NCBI RefSeq assembly: GCF_001194135.2
Contig: NC_068989.1
Location: 85,400,606-85,460,351, forward strand
From: Octopus bimaculoides
Lineage: Eukaryota
Direction: 5' to 3'
Length of the DNA: 59,746 nucleotides
Under the pieces are notes generated by a model, which had not been told where the DNA came from, ran no database searches, and saw only the letters and a list, made by a program, of their open reading frames with translations. Below, in pieces: positions 1-13,129 of the stretch. Each line of letters opens with the position of its first letter. Positions within the stretch are counted from its first letter, which is position 1. Both the position numbers and the translations under genes were made by a program.

Positions 1-571
1 CATAAAGAAGTTTTCTTTTATAGGGATATGTTTATCCAAGCAGGCACCAGTTTTGTGCTATTATTGATTGATGATTCTGGATATATTCGCATATTTCCGT
101 ACTAACGCTCTTGGTTGGTTGGTTTGTTTTACCATATACACCTTTAATCTCTCAACTGGCACAAGCCCCCCCCCCCTCAATACTACTCCACATAAAAAGT
201 ACTGGTGATGGTGCCATGTAAAAGCACCCAATACACACTGTGGAATGGTTGGCATTAGGAAGGACATCCAATTGTAGAAACCATACCAAAACAGACTATG
301 GAGCCTGGTGCAGTTCCTGACCTTACCAACTTCTGCTGACAAACCATCCGATCCATGCCAGCAGGGAAAATAGATGTTAAATGATTATATATCACAATTG
401 ATGGCTGTTGATTCTCTTGAGTTCATTAGCCTTTGGTGGGTCTTGTTTTTCATCTCACAACATGTCCAAAATCAACTCAACTTACCAAGCAAGCTTGGTG
501 GTGTTGCCAGTGGCCTGACCATGCAACAGATTCTACTCAGTTACATGTTGCCAGTAGCATACATAAATGGG

Positions 572-612
<41 letters not shown>

Positions 613-1147
613 TGAATGACGGAAATTAGTGCTCAACACCACATTGCTGGATATAATTTCTTTATTTGTGAATTACGGCTACCATTGGTTTCATGCTAAG
701 AAAAGTACGAAAATATCCTAATGCCTTAACAAATTTTCAAGCCGACCACATGGAGAAAGGTGTTCTCCCCCATATATATATATAGATATTATTAGTTAAT
801 AAATCATATGGTATACACCTGCTTCTTTTCCAGTGAAGCATGTTCACTGTCTCAGTGTTCATTGAGCATTTGATTAATGTTAGATGGAATATGGAAGATA
901 AGAATCTTTATTGATCACTGCAATTGTTTCAAACCATCCAGCATCGATCCCTTGCTGGTGGGATTTTGAACATCTGGTTTAGGCATTTATTTTTACGAGA
1001 TACCTATTAAAATCACCCGAGGAAACACAGCTGCACCAAGGAATATTCAGAATCCAACCCATGAGGGATTGATGCTAGATGGGTTGAAACAATTGCAGTG
1101 ATCAATAAAAATTCTCGTAATTTCCATATTCTGTCTCTCACATTAAT

Positions 1148-1188
<41 letters not shown>

Positions 1189-1341
1189 CCACATATACAC
1201 ACACAAACACATGTAAATATACACATGTATATATATATACACACACACACATATATACACGTATATATACATACATAGACATATATATATACACGCACAC
1301 ACACATACATATATATATATATGTATATACACAAGAATATA

Positions 1342-1886
1342 CAGGGTGCGATGGATAAATTATCGCCATTTTATATTTTTTATTTCACGCATGCACATTG
1401 TTGTTGCTTTTGTCGACTACACAGTATAGTAGGGTCAGTTGGGCATCATCTGTGACAAAAACAGCACCACAACACAATTCACTCTGCCAGAAATTTGGAA
1501 ACAAGATACTGTACTGCTTGGCATTCAAACTGGAAGCTCCAATACGAATATTTCAGAGTGTTTGGGTGTCAATCTGAGGACATGTACCAAGTTTGGATTG
1601 ATCACTAGTGATTCAACATTATTCCTCCATTCATCTTCCCACACTACCTCACACTCAACACGGAGGCCTACATGCTTGGAGGAGGTAGTGCTACCCTGGG
1701 TCAAGAGGGTGGCTGCTGGAAGACCCTATGTCTGACGACAGGACTCTGCACCATGTCACACAAGCAGAGGAACCCAGTCATGACTGTCAGACAATTTCTG
1801 CAACCACATCACCCCTAACATCTGGCCACCTAAGTCCCCAGACTGCAACTCCCTTCATTATTATGTGTGGGGCGCAGTTGAGCGAG
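1342..1886 (+). mobile_element. maT-type (DD37D) Tc1/mariner DNA transposon, internally deleted remnant
   Basis: Begins TA|CAGGGTG. Encodes LEEVVLPWVKRVAAGRPYV*RQDSAPCHTS...WPPKSPDCNSLHYYVWGAVER, with 37 residues between the second D and the mutated third catalytic position. Confidence 0.8.
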
Positions 1887-1887
1887 G

Positions 1888-1921
<34 letters not shown>

Positions 1922-2331
1922 CACACACACACAAAGATATACATGTGTGTGTGTGTGTGTGTGTGTGTAAATACACAATAGAATTGGTTGCATAGATTAT
2001 CCCCTGTTGATACAAGGGGCCACCTTGAATAGAAGATGTGAGACAGGGTTATTATGATGCTATAGGTCAGACTATCTCAAGTCATCAATTATTCCTTTAA
2101 TCCATTCGTTATCTCCATTGTTTTAGACTCTTAATATTCTTAGAGTTATCTCCCTTGTCATTATCTATTAAAATTTTTTTATCCTGTTTAATTGTTTCAC
2201 TCTGAAGAGATGACATCACTCTGTGTCCAACCAATCAGATGCATTTATCCATTCACCATCTTGAGTACTGTTGTTTGTTCTTAAACGAACCAAGCTGTTT
2301 AAAAATTTAGTCAATCAGGGCAACTCTAGAG

Positions 2332-2411
2332 CAGAGGTTTTAGTTCATGGACCCCCAGTATTATCTTTGCAGATCACCAGGGGTCTGCTGACCCCAGGTT
2401 GGGAACCACTG
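2332..2411. mobile_element. 80-bp hAT (Charlie-like) MITE
   Basis: Termini CAGAGGTT.../...AACCACTG, flanked by a perfect 8-bp target-site duplication ctctagag (2324-2331, 2412-2419). Confidence 0.8.
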
Positions 2412-2655
2412 CTCTAGAGTAATAGTTAACTGATTCATCCAAAATATATAACAGTATTTGGTAATTAATAAACTTTCCCTCATTCATTGATACCTACATG
2501 TGCATGTGTATAAGCATTTACACGCACACTGTACTAGGCACACAAAAGCAGTGTTGTGAGTAAACCAACATTTAGATCAGTTTAAATATGCTTGGAGCAT
2601 ATTTGACAGGTACAGAGGCTAAATCCACTGCTGTTTGCTATTGATAAGAATGTAA

Positions 2656-2890
2656 GGTGGTGAGCTGGCAGAACCGTTAGCACGCCGGGCGAAATGCTTA
2701 GCAGTATTTCGTCTGCCGCTACGTTCAGAGTTCAAATTCCGCCGAGGTCGACTTAGTCTTTCATCCTTTCGGGGTCGATTAAATAAGTACCAGTTACGCA
2801 CTGGGGTCGATATAATCGACTTAATCCGTTTATCTGTCCTTGTTTGTCCCCTCTGTGTGTAGCCCCTTGTGGGCAGTAAAGAAATAAGAA
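2656..2890 (+). mobile_element. tRNA-derived SINE (family 1, Meta-domain-like core)
   Basis: A/B-box-like head and core GTCGAC..CTTTCATCCTTTCGGGGTCGA..AATAAGTACCAG. Many copies in the window, e.g. 49247-49480. Confidence 0.8.
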
Positions 2891-3062
2891 TTCTTGCTTT
2901 AATTCAATAAAGTGTTGGAAATCACCAACAGTCATTACCAAACACTTTCTGGCAGAAGCGGTAAATGCATTTCTCATTTCTTGGCTATCATCAGCACCAA
3001 ATACAGCAAGAGAGAAAACCTTGAAGTGACATTGGAAACATTCGTCTCCTTATAGTAAATTA

Positions 3063-3147
<85 letters not shown>

Positions 3148-4429
3148 NNNNNNNNNNNNNNNNNNNNNNNNNNNNNNNNNNNNNNNNNNNNNNNNNNNNN
3201 NNNNNNNNNNNNNNNNNNNNNNNNNNNNNNNNNNNNNNNNNNNNNNNNNNNNNNNNNNNNNNNNNNNNNNNNNNNNNNNNNNNNNNNNNNNNNNNNNNNN
3301 NNNNNNNNNNNNNNNNNNNNNNNNNNNNNNNNNNNNNNNNNNNNNNNNNNNNNNNNNNNNNNNNNNNNNNNNNNNNNNNNNNNNNNNNNNNNNNNNNNNN
3401 NNNNNNNNNNNNNNNNNNNNNNNNNNNNNNNNNNNNNNNNNNNNNNNNNNNNNNNNNNNNNNNNNNNNNNNNNNNNNNNNNNNNNNNNNNNNNNNNNNNN
3501 NNNNNNNNNNNNNNNNNNNNNNNNNNNNNNNNNNNNNNNNNNNNNNNNNNNNNNNNNNNNNNNNNNNNNNNNNNNNNNNNNNNNNNNNNNNNNNNNNNNN
3601 NNNNNNNNNNNNNNNNNNNNNNNNNNNNNNGAGAGAGAGAGAGAGAGAGAGAGAGTGAGAGAGAGAGAGAAGACTATGGTATGTGCAGAAAGTTAGTGGT
3701 GCTTATGAGTGCAAATTTGCCTTTTTAGATAATATCTAGCAATCTACATGAAATTTTGCAGATAAACAGTGGGTAAGATATGTCTACAAATGTATACATT
3801 TGTTTAAACTCATTAGATTTTCAGATACAGATCTATGCTATAATATCAACGTTAGACAGATGATTTCTGTAATGCATTGTATTGGAGGGGGGAAAAAGGT
3901 TTGGATAGTCAAAGAGAGAAGACATTAGACAAAGAATACGTGGACATTTTAGATCTGAAAGAAAAAGGTGACAAATGGTAACAGGAATGGTAATAAGAAT
4001 CATCCTTTCTATTATAAGCACTTGGCATGAAATTATGGGGGATGAGGATAGTTGATTACTTCTATCCCAGTACTCAACTGGCACCTATTTCATGAATTTC
4101 TAAAGGAAGGAAAGTAAAGTCAACTTTGGCAGAATTTGAACTCAGAAAATAAAGACAGACAAAATGCTGCAAAGCATTTCGTTTGGCATGCTAACAATTT
4201 TGAAGCTTTCTGCCTTAATAACAACAATAACAATGGTTTCAAATTTTAGCATAAGGCCAGGAGTTTAGGGGAGAATAAGTGGATTACCTCAACCCCAGTG
4301 CTCAACTGGTACTTATGTTATTGACCCCAAATGAATGAAAGGCAAAGTTGACCTCGGTGGGATTTGAACTCGTCAGGCGACACACCATGCTTGAGGAGAC
4401 TTATTGAGTCAAAATAAAATCAAAATCAA

Positions 4430-4810
4430 ATCACAATGAAATGGAAATTGTAGTTGTGGCCAATGCCTGTGTCACCTGATTAGCTCTCGTGCTAGTAGCA
4501 CACAATGAGCACCATTGATGTGTGGGTTGTTGCCAGTGCCACCTGAGTAGCTCTCTGTGCCGGTGACATGTAAAAAGCAACATCCAAATGAGGCTAATGC
4601 CAGTTTCACCTGACTCGCTCCCATGCGGTTAGCACGTAAAAAGCACCCACTACACTCTCGGAGTGGTTGGCGTTAGGAAGGGCATCCAGCTGTAGAAACC
4701 TTGCCAGATCAGATTGGAGCTTGGTGAGGCCTCCTGGCTTGCCTGTCCCCAGTCAAACTATCCAACCCATGCCAGCATGGAAAACGGACGTTAAACGATG
4801 ATGATGATGG
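4430..4810 (+). mobile_element. Retroposon 3' tail (LINE/SINE) ending in (GAT)n
   Basis: GGCGTTAGGAAGGGCATCCAGCTGTAGAAAC...CATGCCAGCATGGAAAACGGACGTTAAACGATGATG. Related copies at ~190-385 (+), ~13590-13770 (-) and ~20030-20170 (-). Confidence 0.7.
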
Positions 4811-5039
4811 ACACAACAAGCTGGAAGAAACACCACTCAGCATTTGGTCCAGTATGGCAATGATTCTGCCAGATCACCATCTTTACAGCAGTGATAACAT
4901 TTACTCTGGGTAAAAGCTATTAGGTGGTTTAAAGTTTAAAGAGAAGTGGAATATAGAGATGTTATACATAAACAATTGGAGATATATCAGATAGCTGTGG
5001 TACATGGAGTATCATATTATTAACATATGTAGTACATGG

Positions 5040-5950
5040 TGGATAATTGAGTCAAAAGATGTGGTACAAAGCAAAATGGAGAGTCAATAGCTATGGCACA
5101 TAGTGGAATGAAGAGTAAAAAAATAAGGTACATTATGGAATGGTAAGTCAACAGATATGGCAAATGGTAGAACATAGAGTCAACATGTATGATACATGGT
5201 GGATCAGAGAGTCAACAGATATGGTACATGGTAGAATGAAGAGTCAACAGATTTGGTACATAGTGGAATGGTAAGTGAACAGATATGGTAAAGAGTGGAA
5301 TATAGAGTCAACATATATGATACATGGTGGAACAGAGAGTCAACAGATATGGTACAGGTAGAAGGAGAAGTCATAGTGGGACGGTAAGTCAACAGATATG
5401 GTAAATGGTGGAACATAGATTCAACATATATGATACATGGTGGAACTGAGAGTCAACAGATATGGTATATGGTAGAATGAAGAGTCAACAGATATGGTAC
5501 ATGGTAGAACGAAGAGTCACAATGGAATAGTAAGTCAACAGTCAACATATATGACACATGGTAAATGTTAAGATGGAGAGTCAACAGATAATATAGAGTC
5601 AATATACAAAATGCATACTGGAATGGAGAATCAATGGATATGGTACATGGTGGGAGTGGATAAATATGGTATATGCTGGAACAGAGTCAACAAATATGGT
5701 ACATGGTAGAACAGAGTCAACAGAAATAGTATATGGGGAAACACAGTCAATAAATATAGTACATGAGGAAATGGAAAGTCAAGCAATATAGAACATGGTG
5801 GGATGAAGAGTCAACAGATATGATACATGGTGGGTAATTGGGTTAGCAGCTATAGTATAGTGAGGAATGGTAAATCAACAGAAGTGTTACACAATGCATT
5901 GTAGAGTCAACATGTAGTATATGGTAGTATGTCAAATAAACACCTATTGT
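5040..5950. repeat. Degenerate ~31-32-bp minisatellite
   Basis: Repeated unit approximating gagtcaacagatatggtacatggtagaatgaa, more than 20 copies. Confidence 0.85.
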
Positions 5951-6614
5951 ACATGGAGAAAAGTGATATTGGAAGAACAATAAACTACATGTGGCATGCA
6001 TGTGAAACAAAGAAAAATATCTGTCTCACGCACACATAACATGCCAAGCTTAGAGTAACAGCTGACAGAAGCTTCACGTTCAAATAAATGAATAAATTCT
6101 GCTCTATATATTGAGTACTTTTTCTGTCACTTGGAAATTGTGTGATGTGTGTGTATGAGAGAGAGAGAGAGATATGTGTGTGTGTGAGTGTATACTACGT
6201 GTGAATACACATACATGGATATGAAAGCAGACGTGTACAAATATATAAAATCACATGGAAAAACAAATGCACGCACACACACACAAATAGAAGAGAGAGA
6301 GAGAGAGAGAGGAGATTTGCATGTGACATATATATTACTGCTTCTTTCAAGAGTATTTGAGACAACCTTAAGTCAAACTATTACTAAATGTCTTCCCTTT
6401 ATAGCCACATTGTCTGTCGAATCAGACATAATGTGTGAGGATAAGGTGAGCCCTACTGTGTTTTAGAGTTAAGGGTGGTGACTAAGTGTATAGTACACCA
6501 TATCTTTAGCATTGGATAATTAGGGTCATTTTAAAATATCTTAACCCTGTCTCCAAACCATCTTAGGGCAGTTGTTACATTTAGTCCCAGATTAGTCCTG
6601 AGCCAACAAAAATA

Positions 6615-7364
6615 TGTATATGGGTATGGGGTCCAGACGATAAGCATAAGCCAGTGTCAATGGTGGTTCCAGAAATTCCAAACCGGAAGCTACAGCCCAG
6701 ATGACAAGCCTCCTCCTGGAAGATCTGTAGAGCTCAACAAGGACATCCTGCAAACCCTGGGGGAACAAAATCCCATTGTATCTGTTGAGGAACTAGCAGA
6801 GAAGCTGTGATTTGGTCATTCAACTATTCATCAGGAAAGTCAGCAAATTAGGTCAATAAGTTCTTCACAAACTTTCCAAATCTAATCATGCGCAGAGAGT
6901 GAATGTGTGCTCTTCTTTGCTGTCACATCTCACGAATGAACCATTTTTTGGACTGAATAGTGACAGGTGATAAGAAATGGGTTCTCTATAAAAATGTCAA
7001 GTGTCAAAGAAAGGTGCAAGGATGACATTCCAAAGGCTGGAGCAGTTTGAATGGGAAACGATGCCCCACCCACCATATTCGTCAGATATTGCCCCATCTG
7101 ATTATCATTTATTCCACAGTCTTCAAAATAATTTGGATGGAAAAAATATGAATTCTGTAGACAAGGTGAGAACAGTACTGGAGGAGTATTTTTCGTCATA
7201 GACAAGTGATTTTGGAAGAGGGACCTTGCAAGAATACCAGAGAGATGGAAGGAGATTGTAGAAAATGAAGGAGAGTATATTTTAGATTAAAAAAGAACTT
7301 TGTTTATCTTCATTTTGAAAAATAAAAGTTAAAAAAACCCTCATTATTTAGAGATGATCCAATA
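6615..7364 (+). mobile_element. Mariner (DD34D) transposon remnant, 3' part with TIR
   Basis: Frameshifted VEELAEKL, IVTGDKKW and HPPYSSDIAPSDYHLF motifs. 3' end cattatttagagatgatccaata|ta matches the TIR at 38278-38299. Confidence 0.88.
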
Positions 7365-7395
7365 TATATACACATATATACATACATACATATAT

Positions 7396-7630
7396 TAATA
7401 ATATTTTATAAGCTTAAAGCTTGTAAGCGATCACTGTGCATTGACTAAATTAAGTAGTCTAATATTGGGGCATATAATCCTTTGACAGAAAAAAGGGGTT
7501 TGCCATGCCATGTGTACGGCAAACCCTACTTTTTTTCCATTGAGGGCTTATATACCTCAATATTAGACTGTTCACCTTAGTCAATGCATAGTAATTGTTT
7601 ATAAGATTTAAGCTTATATAATATTATTAT
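7396..7630. repeat. Palindromic MITE-like fold-back, ~110-bp arms
   Basis: Left arm ataatattttataagcttaaa...ggggtttgcc pairs with right arm ggcaaacccta...tttaagcttatataatattat; loop about 13 nt. Confidence 0.8.
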
Positions 7631-7926
7631 TATTATTATTTACAGATTGTAAAATTCAGCACCACTTACTAAATAACCATTGTAAACAAACATGGAAAGT
7701 TTGTTTACAAAAACATGTATATATTCAGTCTGCTATAATGAATCCATGAACGCATAAAACATTGAAGGGTATATTTTTCCCCGTCTGAAGATATTATGTT
7801 CAGGTCATATAAATCTAATATTTACTGAGTATTAATTGAAACAGCTGTAAGGAATGATAATTAATTTGCTGTCAATAATAAACAATTATTAACTTCTCAA
7901 TCTCCATTTTTTCTTCGTGTGTATAC

Positions 7927-7969
<43 letters not shown>

Positions 7970-10333
7970 NNNNNNNNNNNNNNNNNNNNNNNNNNNNNNN
8001 NNNNNNNNNNNNNNNNNNNNNNNNNNNNNNNNNNNNNNNNNNNNNNNNNNNNNNNNNNNNNNNNNNNNNNNNNNNNNNNNNNNNNNNNNNNNNNNNNNNN
8101 NNNNNNNNNNNNNNNNNNNNNNNNNNNNNNNNNNNNNNNNNNNNNNNNNNNNNNNNNNNNNNNNNNNNNNNNNNNNNNNNNNNNNNNNNNNNNNNNNNNN
8201 NNNNNNNNNNNNNNNNNNNNNNNNNNNNNNNNNNNNNNNNNNNNNNNNNNNNNNNNNNNNNNNNNNNNNNNNNNNNNNNNNNNNNNNNNNNNNNNNNNNN
8301 NNNNNNNNNNNNNNNNNNNNNNNNNNNNNNNNNNNNNNNNNNNNNNNNNNNNNNNNNNNNNNNNNNNNNNNNNNNNNNNNNNNNNNNNNNNNNNNNNNNN
8401 NNNNNNNNNNNNNNNNNNNNNNNNNNNNNNNNNNNNNNNNNNNNNNNNNNNNNNNNNNNNNNNNNNNNNNNNNNNNNNNNNNNNNNNNNNNNNNNNNNNN
8501 NNNNNNNNNNNNNNNNNNNNNNNNNNNNNNNNNNNNNNNNNNNNNNNNNNNNNNNNNNNNNNNNNNNNNNNNNNNNNNNNNNNNNNNNNNNNNNNNNNNN
8601 NNNNNNNNNNNNNNNNNNNNNNNNNNNNNNNNNNNNNNNNNNNNNNNNNNNNNNNNNNNNNNNNNNNNNNNNNNNNNNNNNNNNNNNNNNNNNNNNNNNN
8701 NNNNNNNNNNNNNNNNNNNNNNNNNNNNNNNNNNNNNNNNNNNNNNNNNNNNNNNNNNNNNNNNNNNNNNNNNNNNNNNNNNNNNNNNNNNNNNNNNNNN
8801 NNNNNNNNNNNNNNNNAAATGAGGCAGTCACCCCTAAAGATGGCCAGCATCACCACTGAAAAAAACATCCTGGCAAGCACTAGGAATGAAGAAGCAAGAC
8901 AGATTGAAATAGAGTTAGAAGGGGAAGAGAGGAGACTGAAGCAAGCTACACAACGCCACAAGACAAAAGAAACACCAAGTTTTCTCATTTTATTTATTTA
9001 ATTTTCCTCTTTTTTTTTCTTTGAAGTATTTTTCTTTTTTTTTTGTTTGTTTGTTTTCCTCTTTTTATAAACATTCCAGCAAACGTTAGCAAGCAACAAG
9101 CATCGGAGGTGGGGGGGGGGGCAAGAAAAGGTGGAAAAAGAGTTTAGAATGGAAAGAAAAATATCAGGAAAAAGCAAAGAAAAAGAAGAAATATTAAGAA
9201 AAAAAAAAACATGAGAATATTTTACAGATTCATGAAGGAAAAACCATTTCACTGAATATTTGAATAAATCACTGAAGAGAGAACTAAGGGTCTTTTTAGA
9301 CAAGGAGGGGACGGGTTCAGCATATTTTGGATGTGAAGTGTAGGAAAGTATGTACGAGTGAGATCGTCTTCCTAAGCCTGGGTGATTATCAAAATAGACT
9401 AAGGAACTATGAAGATGGCACACACCGCCTGGAGACTGATTCTGTGTGGCAAGATTTAGTGCAATGAGACCAAAATCAAAAGTTGTTCTCACGATCACCC
9501 AAACATAGAAAGACAATTCTCCTCCTTCTCCTTACACATTCTTCTCTATTCTTCACATAATCCTATACTTCACACCCAACATATGATGACCCCCACCAAA
9601 GAGACCAAAGCCAAAAGTTTCCAGATGGGTATTGAAATATTTGAATAAAGAACTTCTTGAAATACTTGATTTGGAGTTGTAAAAAAAAACACCAAAAAAG
9701 AAAAAAAAAAATGGAGCTAACATCAAAGTAAGAAGAAAAAGTGAGGAGAGAAGGTGAGGAGAGAAAATCCTAGGAAGAAAAGCACCACCACTAGGCACCA
9801 TAAAGTAAGAGGTGATACCAAAATGAAATATATTTGGATACTAGATTTCAGGGGTAATAAAAAAACAAACAAAAAAAAAAAACAAGAATAATAGAGTACA
9901 AAGACAAATAATTGAGATAGAGGTTCAATATGGCTGACCAACCTGCTAGAAATAATAAGCAAAATCTACCTTAAATCATACCCTATCATTTTAAAGAGAA
10001 GAAAGATAATATATGCAGCACCATCTTAACTAACATGACAATAGATATGTATTAAGTCTGACAAGATAATCAACAAGATGGTCACTGCTGGAATGTGGTT
10101 TGGTTATATATATATATATCTACTGGAACAGAGCTGGCCTAGGGCTAATCGACAACAATTTTATCTAAATCAATGTGGAGTCAGAAGAATAAACCAAGAT
10201 TCCTTGATATGGCAACAAGACTTTGTAAGAGAAAGGATAAGAAAATTCAGACAACCCAGTTTATGTTTATTTTATCAACCAAGTTGACTGTGTGATTTGA
10301 ACTCAGAATCTATCCAATTGTTAGGCTTGTTAT

Positions 10334-10717
10334 TGTTGTTGGCACTCCATCACTTACAACGTTGAGGGTTCCAATTGACCTACTCAACGGAACAGCCTGC
10401 TCGTGAAATTAACGTGCAAGTGGCTGAGCACTCCACAGACACGTGTACCCTTAACATAGTTTTCGGGGAGATTCAGCGTGACACGGTGTGACAAGGCTGA
10501 CCCTTTGAATTACAGGTACAACAGAAACAGGAAGAAAGAGCGAGAGAAAGTCGTGGTGGAAGAGTACAGCAGGGTTTGCCACCATTCCCTTTTGGAGCGT
10601 CGTGGGGCTTTTAGGGGTTTACGCTCAATAAACACTCACAATGCCCGGTCTGGGAATCGAAACCGCGATCCTATGACTGCGAGTCTGCTGCCCTAACCAC
10701 TGGGCCATTGCGCCTCC
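10334..10717 (-). mobile_element. tRNA-derived SINE (family 2), full length
   Basis: Reverse complement of the copy at 48086-48469. Flanked by probable TSD cttgttat (10326-10333, 10723-10730). Confidence 0.88.
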
Positions 10718-11134
10718 ACAGTCTTGTTATCACACCATACATATATAACATTTTTGATCAACTGAAAATTAATCCTCATCTAATAGCACTCACTCTCTCA
10801 CATACATAATCTTGTGATAAGTAAACATAACAGTATCATCATCATCATCATCGTCATACTGATGTAGGTCCAGAGAAAGATAACATCAGGGATTCTATTA
10901 ACCTTTTGAACCTGCAAATATACTTTATCTGGTACAATTTCATTTGACTATCTTCCTGGAAGGCATAAAAGAGAATAGTCTTATAGATTTGTGCTTACAG
11001 TTCACTAATTTGCAGAAACATCGTTATTTTCAGCTGTAAACACAAACTCATAAAATCATCCACTTTTTTGTCTTCTAGGCGTACTCACAAGTTTAAAGGG
11101 CTAAACTACTAAAAAATAACATTTTCTAACCCTA

Positions 11135-11360
11135 AACACAACATTTACCTAACTTGTTACTGAACACAACAACAACAACATTTATCTAACTTATGAAACA
11201 GAACATTTACTTAGCTTGTTACTGAACAGAACAACACTTATATAACCAGTTACAATACAGAACAACACTTACCTAATTTATTACCAAACAGAACACTTAC
11301 CTAACTTGTTACTAAACAACAACATTTATCTAACCAGTTACTAAACACAACATGAACAAC
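11135..11360. repeat. Degenerate ~28-31-bp minisatellite
   Basis: Repeated unit like aacagaacaacatttacctaacttgttact. Confidence 0.75.
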
Positions 11361-11789
11361 ACCAACTGATATGACAACTGACAATTCAATGGTTCATCAG
11401 CTATTGTTACCATTTCACTGCATCTTTGGACAATTTACTCAACCATCATTGGCTCAGACAACAGATACAGTTCATTATTATATTAAAAGGAAGCAGATGT
11501 AGTAATACGTCAGTAATATGGGTTTGTTAGCTTGCAATGTTAAGTGGAGCTCCTCCTGGGAATAAAAAAAAGCTAAAAAAGCAGAGTTTCCTCTCACTAT
11601 AGGCATGAAAAAAAAGGTTTACTGAGGCATTGACCAGCAGTGGATCCTTATTTTAACTTGAAACTCAAAAGCAAAAACAAAAAAAAAAAGAAAAAGGAAG
11701 AAAGAAAGAAAGAAGCAAAACTGATACAGTAGATTTGGTTTGAAGATAAAGTATTCAACAATGATATAAAGATGAGTGCAACAGAGCAG

Positions 11790-12110
11790 TGGCATGGCTG
11801 AATGATGGCACGGAAGGTACTATGGTAGGAAAATGGAATGGGAAGTGTTATGGTTGAACAGTGAGTGTAAGGAGACAATCCTAAGGCTGAAAATGGATGA
11901 AAGAGGACAATTCTATTGTCAAACAATGTCATAGAACAGCATTATGGCTGAATAATGGATATAAGGAAAGAGTGTGATAGGCGAACAATGGATGTAAAGA
12001 CACGATGCTATGATCGAACAAGGGATATAAGGGGTCAATGCTAGGGCTGAAGAATGGATGTAAAGGGGTCAGAATTATGGTTGAACAATGTAAGCAGATA
12101 GTGTTAAGGC
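11790..12110. repeat. Degenerate ~33-bp minisatellite
   Basis: Repeated unit like atgctatggttgaacaatggatgtaaaggggtca. Confidence 0.7.
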
Positions 12111-12192
12111 TCAATCTCAATTTTTTAGTAATAAAACAATGACAAAATATTGGTGAAATCAATCAATAAATTATAAAAAGGGACAAATTTAA

Positions 12193-12412
12193 CCCTTTAG
12201 TATTCTGGCTACCCTGTCAAGTGTAATGCTTGTTTATTCACATTGCTTTCAATTAATCATGCAGTTTCTCATAGCTTCAATATTTCAATGATGTAACTGT
12301 TTTTTTTTACAATGACATTGTGGGGTATGTGTGAGAAGCCAAGTCTGACTGATTTGAATACAAAACAGATAGAATATCTAGGCCCGATATGGCTGGTTTC
12401 AGTGCTGAAGGG
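12193..12412. mobile_element. piggyBac-like MITE
   Basis: TTAA|CCCTTTAG ... CTGAAGGG|TTCA. The right end of a related copy lies at ~41410-41524. Confidence 0.65.
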
Positions 12413-13129
12413 TTCACAACTTTCATCGTAACTACTACCACTATTACTATTGTTATCATAACAACTACTACTCCTACCATAAGTACTGCTGTTACTAAAA
12501 CAACACCAACCAGCATCACAACTACTGTTATCAATTTATGAACATCACAACTACTACTACTACTACTACTACTACTACCATCACCACCAGTGACTAGAAT
12601 GTTTCTATCACTAATACTTTCCATAGGATAATTTGAGGGAGATTTGGTTACTATTTCTAATTTTGTTGGTGTTCAACACTGAGCCAAAGGAGAGTGCAAT
12701 CAAGAAAGAGGAGGAAGAGCTGGAATTCTTCATATACAAAGGAAAGATCTGTTATTGTTCTGAATCTATGCCAATCAGCATGGCAGCAGTCCCCGAGGGA
12801 GGTGGAGTAGCCTGAGGTAGCTCAAGTGCAAACACTGATGTGTCCGGGGCTTACAACTTGCTATCAATCTGGACAAGACTTGGATCATGAGAAGAAATCA
12901 CATACATTTTATTTCCAAGATGGTTGTTACTGATGTTTAGCCCCAGGTCAATCTATGATCAAAGGCATTCCATCGGTGACCACCCTGCCTCGTATTCAAA
13001 CACAGTGTACTTCTGTTTGCTAGCTATTTCTAGAATGTTGAGCAACCATGTAAAAGCTGTTTTAGTGAGGTGATTTGGAGGGGGGGGGGGCACAATGCTG
13101 TCTTAAATACATTTGATGTTCTACCTTCA

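Noticed and set aside
374-2015. Many ORFs with [24 protein letters not shown] or IIII/NNNN runs, here and throughout the window
   Set aside because: They are translations of (CA)n, (TA)n, (GA)n and (AAT)n microsatellites, not genes.
5040-5950. CRISPR-like periodic array
   Set aside because: The units are degenerate along their whole length, with no conserved repeat plus unique spacer structure and no cas genes; the context is eukaryotic.
7872-9001. Long ORFs of 200-360 aa spanning X runs (also at 20642-21370, 35179-36092, 36889-37511, 53177-54121)
   Set aside because: Their length comes from N-gaps, which contain no stop codons.
8998-9516. 172-aa minus-strand ORF
   Set aside because: Largely the reverse of A-rich low-complexity DNA (F/L/S-rich), with no domain I recognise.
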